A stretch of 64,000 nucleotides of DNA from Trueperaceae bacterium. GTDB taxonomy: Bacteria > Deinococcota > Deinococci > Deinococcales > Trueperaceae. Shown here in pieces: positions 9,316-17,134 of the stretch. The stretch is taken from positions 2,880,001-2,944,000 of the forward strand of contig OZ243913.1 of assembly GCA_965213705.1 (NCBI GenBank), in the 5' to 3' direction. Numbering within the stretch: position 1 is the first letter of the stretch; each line of letters opens with the position of its first letter. The position numbers were made by a program, and so were the translations under genes. The notes below the pieces were generated by a model. It had not been told where the DNA came from. It was given only the letters and a program-made list of their open reading frames with translations, and did no database searches.

Positions 9316-9431
9316 TTCAAACGTTTTTGTCGCGCGCCCGGTTTCGGGTGACGCTTGCGGCCGAACGAGCGCAACAACCCAGGGGTCGCGTCGAGCTTGT
9401 TCCGCCTTAAAACGTTTGCGCCAGCGTATCA
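9316..9431 (-). promoter_or_regulatory. Putative extended -10 promoter with two LacI-type operators
   Basis: Minus strand TG-A-TACGCT (9431-9423); AAACGTTT palindromic cores at 9410-9417 and 9319-9326. Confidence 0.5.
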
Positions 9432-9597
9432 CGAGCGCTCGGTGAAGAGCAATTCAGACCGCCTTCACCCTTTGGCTTCGTTTTGACTTCGTTGTCGTCC
9501 TTTTGGCAAGCTGTACACGATTCACGAAAGATTTCTTCGGCAAACGACCTATGGCGCTGTTCAAGGCGTGCGTTTTGGTATGTTTGACGAACCTGAG

Positions 9598-10296
9598 CTA
9601 GGGCTCGAGCCGCCCCGTCAACCCTTCCTTGCGCGCTTTCCCGGCGAATGCGTGCGCCCGCTTCAAAGGCTCGGGAAGTTTCGTCTTGCCGGGCAAACTT
9701 TGCACAAAGCGCAGCGTTTCGGCCATGCTCACCCGGTGTCCTGGTGACACGTAAAGCGGTTTGACGCCGGTTCTCGAGCGGTACACCCAGCCGACTTGCT
9801 CGCCTTTGCTCACGAGTGGCGCCGCGCCACCCGCCGCCTCGGCCAACTCACCTTCTTGCTTGCCGTACAAGCGACTTTTCGCCACACCGACGCTCGGCAT
9901 GTCGAGGTGAACGCCCAGGTGCGCGGCGATGCCCAAACCCCGCGGGTGCGCCACGCCCTGCCCGTCGACGAGGAGCAGGGCGGGTTCGCGGGACAACTGC
10001 GCCAACGCCGCTAAGTACACGGGCGCTTCGCGGAACGACAAAAAACCCGACACGTAGGGAAAAATCTCGGCCGCGTCCACGGCGGCCGCGCCGACCTCGA
10101 GCACGTCTTCAGCCTCGACGTCCCACAGCACCGCCACGCCGACGAGCGCCTCGCCCTGTTTGACGGAGGCGTCCAGGGCGGCGAGGGTTTTGACGTGTCT
10201 CAAGTCTCCCTCGAGGACGACCCGTCCGGCGAGTTCACGTTGAATTCTCCCGGCCGCGGCCAGGTCTTCAGGTTTGGGCAGCAGCGGTGGCCGCAT
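9598..10296 (-). CDS. nfi: Endonuclease V
   Basis: FPYVSGFLSFRE, LVDGQGVAHPRGLGIAAHLG, GVAKSRL, PLYVSPGH. Confidence 0.95.
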   Translation of the reverse strand: MRPPLLPKPEDLAAAGRIQRELAGRVVLEGDLRHVKTLAALDASVKQGEALVGVAVLWDVEAEDVLEVGAAAVDAAEIFPYVSGFLSFREAPVYLAALAQLSREPALLLVDGQGVAHPRGLGIAAHLGVHLDMPSVGVAKSRLYGKQEGELAEAAGGAAPLVSKGEQVGWVYRSRTGVKPLYVSPGHRVSMAETLRFVQSLPGKTKLPEPLKRAHAFAGKARKEGLTGRLEP

Positions 10297-11024
10297 CAGC
10301 CCGGAACCCGGCGTGAAGCGACCTTGCGCACGCCGTCGAGGGCAAACGTCCAGCCCTTATAAACGAGGGCGACGGCCGGGTGGGTCCACTCGCCGTCGAC
10401 TTCGCTCGCGGTGTCACTCAAGACCTCCAACAAGTCCTGCGGCGTACGAACCGCCCGCAGCGGCGCTTCGACCCAGGCGCTGCCGATGTCTTTGACCGTG
10501 TGCGCGTCCGACCCGGCCGACTCGGGCTTGCCGTGGGTCGCCGCCCAGGTGCTGCCTGCTACGTTCCATTTGCGCCTCGAGATGCGCGCGTTGAACACCT
10601 CGACGATGTCTATGCTGTCCTTGATGCGCTCCAAAGCTTCGGGCTTCAGGCGGTGGCGTTTGAGTGGGTCGAAGCCGTGCGGCAGCAGCACGAGCCCGCC
10701 CTGGTCTTTGACGGCCGCCACGGTTTCTTCCGGGCTCAGGCCCGCTGGGATTTTCTCGGTCAAGAACAGGCCGACGATTTCGCCCTCGCGCGTCGAAACC
10801 TCTTCGCCGACGATGACGGTGAGGTCGTCGGTGCCGCTGTTCGCGACCAGACTTTGCAGTTTTTGCGCCCCCCAGACCTCGTTGTGGTCGGTAATCGCCT
10901 GGACGCGGATGCCGCGCGCCCGGCAGCGCTCGGGAAAGCTCGAGAGCGGCGTCACGCAGTCGGCGGACGCCTCGCTGTGACAATGCAGGTCGATGCGCAT
11001 TTTCGGGTGTTCGGTCGCGGCCAT
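10296..11024 (-). CDS. PHP-domain phosphoesterase (TrpH-like)
   Basis: DLHCHS, AITDHN, GEEVST, GSDAH motifs. Confidence 0.9.
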   Translation of the reverse strand: MAATEHPKMRIDLHCHSEASADCVTPLSSFPERCRARGIRVQAITDHNEVWGAQKLQSLVANSGTDDLTVIVGEEVSTREGEIVGLFLTEKIPAGLSPEETVAAVKDQGGLVLLPHGFDPLKRHRLKPEALERIKDSIDIVEVFNARISRRKWNVAGSTWAATHGKPESAGSDAHTVKDIGSAWVEAPLRAVRTPQDLLEVLSDTASEVDGEWTHPAVALVYKGWTFALDGVRKVASRRVPG

Positions 11025-11097
11025 AGGTCAAAACTCCTCTCCCGAAGTATACCGTCGGCTCGCCCTACCGGCCTGCTTTGGAGGGTAAAGTAGGTTT

Positions 11098-12036
11098 GTG
11101 GAAGTCTTGCGTGCCGACGAGGTCGAGAAACGTCTAAGCTGGCCCGAAGCCCTGGACGCGCTCCAAAAGGCGTTTGGGGCTCGAGCCGCTTTTCAACTCC
11201 CCGAGCGCGTCGCCTTGCAGGTTCCCCAAGGCACGCTCCTGACGATGCCCTGCGCCGACCGTGAGGGCTGGTTCGGCGTCAAACAAGTCTCGGTCATTTT
11301 CGACAACCCGAGCCGCGGCAAAGAAAGCGTCCAAGCCTGGTACACCCTGTTCGACCCGACCGGCACACCGGTTTTAGCCTGCGACGCCACGCTGCTGACC
11401 CGCTTCCGCACCGCCGCCGTGTCGGCGCTCGCGGCCAAGCACCTCGCGCCTGTGGGTGCTCGAACCCTCCTTGTCGTCGGCACCGGCTCGCTGGCCCCCT
11501 GGTTGGCTGAGGCGCACCTGCAGGTTCGCACCTACAAAACAGTCCTCGTCTGGGGCCGCAACGCTGAGAGAGCCGAAGCCACCGCCGCCGACCTCGAGAC
11601 CCGTTTTCAATCCTTAGAAGCTGCCCCGCAGGTCTCCGTCGCGCCCGACCTGGCCGCGGCGGTCGCTCAAGCCGACGTGGTCACCGTCGCCACCACCGCG
11701 AAGAAATCTTTTCTCAAAGGCGACTGGCTTCACACGGGGCAGCACTTGGACCTCGTCGGCGCGTTCACGCCCGATATGGCCGAAGCCGACGCGGATATTG
11801 TCAAACGTGCGGACGTGTTCGTGGACGACTTGGAGGCTTGTTTGAACGAGGCGGGCGACCTCATCCAGGCGCAAGCGCAAGGTTGGTCGTTCGACATGGT
11901 TTATGGAGACTTGGCGGCCCTCGTGACGGGTGAGGCCGGGCGGCAGGGGCCGCAGCGCCTCACGCTGTTCAAGTCGGTGGGCTTGGCGTTGGAAGACCTC
12001 GTCGTCGCCAAACTGTTGCTGAACGTGCCACAATAA
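11098..12036 (+). CDS. Ornithine cyclodeaminase / mu-crystallin family protein
   Basis: LTRFRTAAVSALA, GTGSLA, TLFKSVGLALED. Confidence 0.9.
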   Translation: MEVLRADEVEKRLSWPEALDALQKAFGARAAFQLPERVALQVPQGTLLTMPCADREGWFGVKQVSVIFDNPSRGKESVQAWYTLFDPTGTPVLACDATLLTRFRTAAVSALAAKHLAPVGARTLLVVGTGSLAPWLAEAHLQVRTYKTVLVWGRNAERAEATAADLETRFQSLEAAPQVSVAPDLAAAVAQADVVTVATTAKKSFLKGDWLHTGQHLDLVGAFTPDMAEADADIVKRADVFVDDLEACLNEAGDLIQAQAQGWSFDMVYGDLAALVTGEAGRQGPQRLTLFKSVGLALEDLVVAKLLLNVPQ

Positions 12037-12041
12037 AGAAC

Positions 12042-12413
12042 GTGAAACGACTTCCCACCGGACTTTTAGAAGAGGTGACACAGCGTTTGGTCTATACTTT
12101 CGCACCCGAGGCCGTCTACCTGTTCGGGTCGCACGCTTGGGGCGAGCCGACTCAAGACAGCGACCTCGACTTGCTCGTCATCGTTTCAGGCAGCGACCTC
12201 AGTCCTGTTCAGCGGGCGCAACAAGCCTATCATGCGTTAGGCGACCTTGAAATCGCAAAGGATGTTCTGGTGCGAACGAACGCCGAGGTGGCTTTGGCAA
12301 AGCAGGTCTACGCTTCCCTCATCAGCCAAGTTTTGGATGAAGGGAGGCCTTTGTGGACGAAGCCAAGCGTCAGTTCGTCGCAGCTTGGCTCGAGCGGGCC
12401 GCTCAAGACTTAG
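12042..12413 (+). CDS. Minimal nucleotidyltransferase (MNT) antitoxin
   Basis: LFGSHAWG...DSDLDLLVI (GS-x10-DxD) motif. Confidence 0.88.
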   Translation: MKRLPTGLLEEVTQRLVYTFAPEAVYLFGSHAWGEPTQDSDLDLLVIVSGSDLSPVQRAQQAYHALGDLEIAKDVLVRTNAEVALAKQVYASLISQVLDEGRPLWTKPSVSSSQLGSSGPLKT

Positions 12414-12765
12414 GCGCTGCACGCATTCTGGCTCAGTCTTCCGAACGCTATTTGAGCGTGGCACTTTACCACTGTCAGCAAGCTGCCGAGAAAGCCGTAA
12501 AGGGTTTTTGGTTTTTCACGACCAACGCGCTCAAAAGACGCACGATATCAAAAGGTTGGTTGACACAGCGCTTCCGTTTGAAAGGGGATTTTTTGCTTGG
12601 ACAACGGCGGCCGAACAGCTTACGCCTTACGCAACCAAGTTTCGCTACGCTGACGATTTTGCCGACGCGGAGCCTTCTCGAGAAGAGTTCGACACTATGT
12701 TCAATGCTGCATCAGACTTTTACCAGTTCGTGCTGTCCGCATTGCCCCCGGAAACGCGCCCATGA
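12353..12765 (+). pseudogene. HEPN-domain protein split by a -1 frameshift at 12502-12509
   Basis: The N-half (WLERAAQDL..YHCQQAAEKAVKG) and C-half (FLVFH..KTHDI..LTPYATKFRY) are in different frames; one extra T in the T5 run restores the ORF; the C-half stop overlaps the purB ATG (ATGA). Confidence 0.8.
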
Positions 12766-14066
12766 TTGACCGCTACACCCCTCCCGACTTTGCCGCCTTG
12801 TGGAGCGAAACAAACAAGTACCGCACCTGGCTCACCGTGGAACTCGCCGCGCTCGAGGCCTGGGAAACGCTGGGTGACGTACCGCCCGGCACCGCCGCAC
12901 GAATTCTCGAAAAACTCAGGAACGCACCGCTCGACGACGCTTTTGCCGAACGCGTCGCGGAAATCGAAGCCGTGACCCGGCACGACATCGTCGCTTTTAC
13001 GAGAGCGCTCACCGAGCGCGTCGGGGAGGACGCCAAATACATCCACCTGGGTTTGACCAGTACCGACGTGGTGGACTCGGCCCAGAACCTGATTTTGCGG
13101 CAGGCCGTGGAGCTGATTCTGACCGACGTGCGCGCGCTCGCCGACGCGCTGAAAGAAAAAGCCGTAACCTATAAACATACGCCCTGCATCGGCCGAACCC
13201 ACGGCATTCACGCCGAGCCGCTGACTTTTGGATTAAAGTTTTTGAACTTTTACGCCGCGGCGCTGCGCGACTTGGGACGGCTCGAGCGCGCGAAAGAAGC
13301 GGTTTCGGTCGTCATGTTATCGGGCTCGGTAGGGACTTACGCTCACGTGCCGCCCGCGGTCGAAGCGTTCGTGGCCGACAAGCTCGGCCTGAACATCGAC
13401 CCGATAACGAACCAGACGGTGGCTCGAGACCGTCACGCCGAAACGATGAGCGCACTGGCGATTTTAGGCACGACGCTCGAGAAAGTCGCCGTCGAAATCC
13501 GCCACCTGCAACGCACCGAAGTGCTCGAGGCGCAAGAGGGTTTCACAAAGGGCCAGACGGGTTCGTCCTCGATGCCGCACAAGAAAAATCCGATTGCCTC
13601 GGAAAACATTTCCGGTCTCGCCCGACTGATGCGGAGCAACTTGCAGGCGGCGCTCGAGAACGTCGCCCTGTGGCACGAGCGCGACATCAGCCACTCGTCG
13701 GTCGAGCGGGTCATCTTGCCCGACACCACCGCGCTGGCGAGCTACGCCACGCGCCGCCTGACCCGCGTCGTCAGCAACCTCGTCGTTTATCCCGAAACCA
13801 TGCTGAAAAACTTAGACGCGCTGCACGGCCTCGTCTACTCGCAGCGGGTGCTCCACCTTCTCATCGAGAAGGGGCTGATGCGCGAGGCGGCTTACGACGT
13901 CGTGCAGCGCAACTCGTTAAAGAGTTGGGAGACGCAAACCCCGCTGAAAACCCTCCTTCACGCCGACCCGGACAGCCCGCTGACTGAGGACGAACTTACG
14001 GCGGCTTTCGACGTGAGTTGGTATCTGCGGTATATCGACGCTGTCTACGAGCGTTTCGACTTGTGA
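12762..14066 (+). CDS. purB: Adenylosuccinate lyase
   Basis: [30 protein letters not shown] signature. Confidence 0.97.
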   Translation: MIDRYTPPDFAALWSETNKYRTWLTVELAALEAWETLGDVPPGTAARILEKLRNAPLDDAFAERVAEIEAVTRHDIVAFTRALTERVGEDAKYIHLGLTSTDVVDSAQNLILRQAVELILTDVRALADALKEKAVTYKHTPCIGRTHGIHAEPLTFGLKFLNFYAAALRDLGRLERAKEAVSVVMLSGSVGTYAHVPPAVEAFVADKLGLNIDPITNQTVARDRHAETMSALAILGTTLEKVAVEIRHLQRTEVLEAQEGFTKGQTGSSSMPHKKNPIASENISGLARLMRSNLQAALENVALWHERDISHSSVERVILPDTTALASYATRRLTRVVSNLVVYPETMLKNLDALHGLVYSQRVLHLLIEKGLMREAAYDVVQRNSLKSWETQTPLKTLLHADPDSPLTEDELTAAFDVSWYLRYIDAVYERFDL

Positions 14067-14293
14067 ACCTGCTGAGAATTGAGGAAGCTTGCCGGCGTAA
14101 AGGCGTGGGAAAAAGCTTTGTACTCCACTGGGAAACGATGATGCGTCTGGCTGGCTATATCCGCGTCGTAACTTCGACGCTCGCGGACGAGTCGGCACAG
14201 CATTTCTACCGAAAGTTGGCCTGCATTGATAGCGGCGCGCTGCTGTCGCCCGGTGAAGCGCTCGAAATTCTCTTCGTGAAAGAGCTAACATAA
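14063..14293 (+). pseudogene. 5'-truncated GNAT acetyltransferase remnant
   Basis: RRKGVG acetyl-CoA motif A and AQHFYRKL motif B, but only ~76 aa with no N-terminal half. Confidence 0.6.
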
Positions 14294-14429
14294 AGGTGCA
14301 ACCTGGTATAGTTTCCTTGTGAACAAGCTCGAGATTAACTTTGCAAAACCGCAAACTATCAACTTTCGTGAGAGAAAAGCGTCGAAACGATAAAACGGGC
14401 CACGGTAAATCCGTCGAAAGTGAGCGAAC

Positions 14430-15059
14430 ATGGTAGCTTCTCAAGAACAGGCTCAGCAGGTAGTTCTGCATGACATCAGTTGGCGAACCTATCAGACTTT
14501 GCTGAGCGAGTTGGGTAACGAGCGCACCACACGACTCGCTTACAGCGGCGGAAGGTTGGAAATTTCCATGCCATCGGATGAGCATGAAATTATCAAACAC
14601 CTTTTAGAACGCGTTATTACTGCTCTTACAATGGCTTTTAACTTCAGCGTAAAAGGCGCAGGCTCGGTGACGCTGAGCCGTGAAGATCTGCAAAGAAGTG
14701 TAGAACCCGACGGTTGCTTTTACATTCGGAACGCCGAGCAGATACGGGGCAGGCGTATTGACCTACTTACAGACCCGCCCCCGGACCTTGTGCTCGAGGT
14801 CGATGTCACTAGCCCCTCTAGCCATAAAATGACCATTTACGCTTCTCTAGGTGTTCCTGAGGTATGGGTTTGTGTAGAGCGTAGCTTGAGCATGTACGGT
14901 TTAAAAGAGGGGCGCTACGAGCACCTCGAGCACAGCCTCGCTTTTCCGCAGGTGAGGGTAGAGCGCGTGACTCGCTGGTTAGTCCAAGGTGAAACCGAAG
15001 ACGACAACACCGTGATCCGCTCATTGCAGAAGTGGGTGCAGACGCTGGGTGAAAGCTGA
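14430..15059 (+). CDS. Uma2 family (DUF820) PD-(D/E)XK endonuclease-like protein
   Basis: ISWRTY, LEISMPS..HE, EPDGCFYI, PPPDLVLEVD, YASLGVPEVW. Confidence 0.92.
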   Translation: MVASQEQAQQVVLHDISWRTYQTLLSELGNERTTRLAYSGGRLEISMPSDEHEIIKHLLERVITALTMAFNFSVKGAGSVTLSREDLQRSVEPDGCFYIRNAEQIRGRRIDLLTDPPPDLVLEVDVTSPSSHKMTIYASLGVPEVWVCVERSLSMYGLKEGRYEHLEHSLAFPQVRVERVTRWLVQGETEDDNTVIRSLQKWVQTLGES

Positions 15060-15121
15060 GCATGGCCCTTCCATAAGCGAATGCGTAAGAAACGGCGTCA
15101 AACTGATGATATAGTCTCCGT

Positions 15122-15847
15122 GTGAACAAGCTCGAGCAGCGCTACGAGGGCAAAGCCAAAAAAGTCTTCGCCACCGACGACCCGGAACGCTACGTCGTCG
15201 AGTTCAAAGACGACGCCACCGCCTTCAACGCTCAAAAACGCGGCACCGTTCAGGGCAAAGGCGCGGTGAACAACGCGGTCACGGCAAAGGTGTTCGAGAT
15301 GCTGGCGGACGAGGGCGTTCCTACACATTTTGTAAAGAAACTGAGCGAGCGCGAGCAGCTCGTAAAAGCGGTTGAGATTATCCCGGTCGAGGTGGTGGTG
15401 CGCAACAGGGCGGCGGGGTCGTTTTCCAAACGCTACGGCGTTGAAGAAGGTAAATTCTTGGACCCCGTCGTCGTCGAATGGTGCTACAAGTCGGACGACC
15501 TCGGCGACCCGCCGATGAACGACGCGACGGCGGTGGCCTTGGGTTTTGCCACGCCGGAAGAGTTGGAAGCGTTGTTCGACCTCGCCGCCGAAATCAACGA
15601 CCTCCTTACTGGCTTCTTCGCGGACCTGGGTTTGGACCTGGTGGACTTCAAGCTCGAGTTCGGCCGCCTGCCCTCGGGCGACATCGTGCTGGCCGACGAA
15701 ATCAGCCCTGACACCTGCCGTTTGTGGGATTTGAAAACCGGTGAAAAAATGGACAAAGACCGTTTCCGCCGTGACTTGGGCGGGGTCGAAGAGGCGTACC
15801 GCGAGGTCTACCGCCGCGTGACGGGAGAGAGCTTTGCCGAACTTTAA
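15122..15847 (+). CDS. purC: Phosphoribosylaminoimidazole-succinocarboxamide synthase
   Basis: [45 protein letters not shown]. Confidence 0.97.
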   Translation: MNKLEQRYEGKAKKVFATDDPERYVVEFKDDATAFNAQKRGTVQGKGAVNNAVTAKVFEMLADEGVPTHFVKKLSEREQLVKAVEIIPVEVVVRNRAAGSFSKRYGVEEGKFLDPVVVEWCYKSDDLGDPPMNDATAVALGFATPEELEALFDLAAEINDLLTGFFADLGLDLVDFKLEFGRLPSGDIVLADEISPDTCRLWDLKTGEKMDKDRFRRDLGGVEEAYREVYRRVTGESFAEL

Positions 15848-16100
15848 GGCCGTCGTCACCGTGCTCATCAAGCCGAGCATCTTAGACCCGCAGGGCCGCG
15901 CGGTGGAGAACACGCTGAAGCGCCTGGGCCACACGAACGTGGCAAATCTGCGCGTCGGCAAGCACATAGAACTCACCCTTTCGGGCGAGCGCGGGGAGGT
16001 CGAGGCGCAGCTCGAGGGCATCGTCACCGACGTTCTGAGCAATCCGGTGCTGGAGGACGTGAGATACACCCTGCACCAAGTCGAAGTGAGCACGCACTGA
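15834..16100 (+). CDS. purS: Phosphoribosylformylglycinamidine synthase subunit PurS
   Basis: [24 protein letters not shown]. Confidence 0.93.
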   Translation: MPNFKAVVTVLIKPSILDPQGRAVENTLKRLGHTNVANLRVGKHIELTLSGERGEVEAQLEGIVTDVLSNPVLEDVRYTLHQVEVSTH

Positions 16101-16104
16101 CTTC

Positions 16105-16950
16105 ATGAAAGACTCTGTGCAGCACACGACCGACATGTTGACCGCAAGCGACGGGTTGCGGCTGTTTCGGCAGCAGTGGGTACCCACGTTGCCCCGCGCC
16201 GCCCTCATCGTCACCCACGGCTACGCCGAACACTCCGAACGGTACGCGCTATTCGCTGAGTTTTTGACGCGGCACGGGATAGCCGTTTACGCCCTCGACC
16301 ACCGCGGGCACGGGCGCAGCGAAGGTGAACGTGCCAACATAAAAGTCTTCCGCGAATTCGTCCACGACCTGAGCCGCTTTACCGAGTACGTGCGCGAACA
16401 GCACCCCAACCCGCCGCGCTTTTTGCTGGGTCACAGCATGGGCGGCGCGGTGGCGGCGCAACTTGTTTTGGAGCGTCCTCACCAAGTTGAGGGCGTGGTG
16501 TTGAGCGCGCCTTATTTGCAAAACGCGACCAAGGTGTCGCCCATGCTGCTGAGGATGTCGGGTTTGGTCAGTCGATTTTTGCCCGGTTTACCGACGCTAA
16601 AGTTGGATACCGGACTGCTCTCGAGAGACAAAACTATCGTCGAGGCCTACAACAGCGACGCCGCGGTCTACACGGGCGGCACGAAAGCGCGAATAGGCAG
16701 CGAGATGTTGGCGGCGGGGAGGTACGTTCTCGAGCGCTCCCACAATATCAAACTGCCCATGCTCGTCCTGCACGGCAGCGCCGACGGGATTGCCGACCCG
16801 GCCGGGAGCAAAGCTTTGTTCGAGCGGGTCGCCTCGGAAGACAAAACCCTCAAACTATATGACGGCTTCTACCACGAAATCCTGAACGAGCCCGGCAAAC
16901 AAGAAGTTTACGAAGACGTGCTCGAGTGGCTTACGGCGCGGCTGCACTGA
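16105..16950 (+). CDS. Alpha/beta hydrolase (monoacylglycerol lipase / lysophospholipase family)
   Basis: HGYAEH, DHRGHGRS, GHSMGG nucleophile elbow, YHEILNE. Confidence 0.9.
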   Translation: MKDSVQHTTDMLTASDGLRLFRQQWVPTLPRAALIVTHGYAEHSERYALFAEFLTRHGIAVYALDHRGHGRSEGERANIKVFREFVHDLSRFTEYVREQHPNPPRFLLGHSMGGAVAAQLVLERPHQVEGVVLSAPYLQNATKVSPMLLRMSGLVSRFLPGLPTLKLDTGLLSRDKTIVEAYNSDAAVYTGGTKARIGSEMLAAGRYVLERSHNIKLPMLVLHGSADGIADPAGSKALFERVASEDKTLKLYDGFYHEILNEPGKQEVYEDVLEWLTARLH

Positions 16951-17011
16951 GGTTTGCTGCAGGTGTTGAGTGGCTTTGCTTGCAGGGTTTGCGGTTACTT
17001 ACGAGACGAGC

Positions 17012-17048
17012 GACTTCTTGCAAAAGTAGCCTACTTTTGCAAGAGGTC
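17012..17048. repeat. 18-bp inverted repeat between convergent genes (bidirectional terminator and/or minimal MITE)
   Basis: GACTTCTTGCAAAAGTAG-C-CTACTTTTGCAAGAGGTC, one mismatch. Confidence 0.75.
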
Positions 17049-17134
17049 TGCTGTATAAGAAGCGAGGAGCTAAGGCGCTCAAAGAAAAATGGGGGTTACA
17101 CCTTCCGATGTGGTTTGACCACCAAAGCTGACGA

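Noticed and set aside
12762..14293. purB-GNAT fusion by readthrough
   Set aside because: Different frames, purB ends at a normal C-terminus, and the GNAT lacks its N-terminal half
14294..15121. Purine/ZTP riboswitch or ncRNA near purB/purC
   Set aside because: No recognisable aptamer motif; purC appears leaderless
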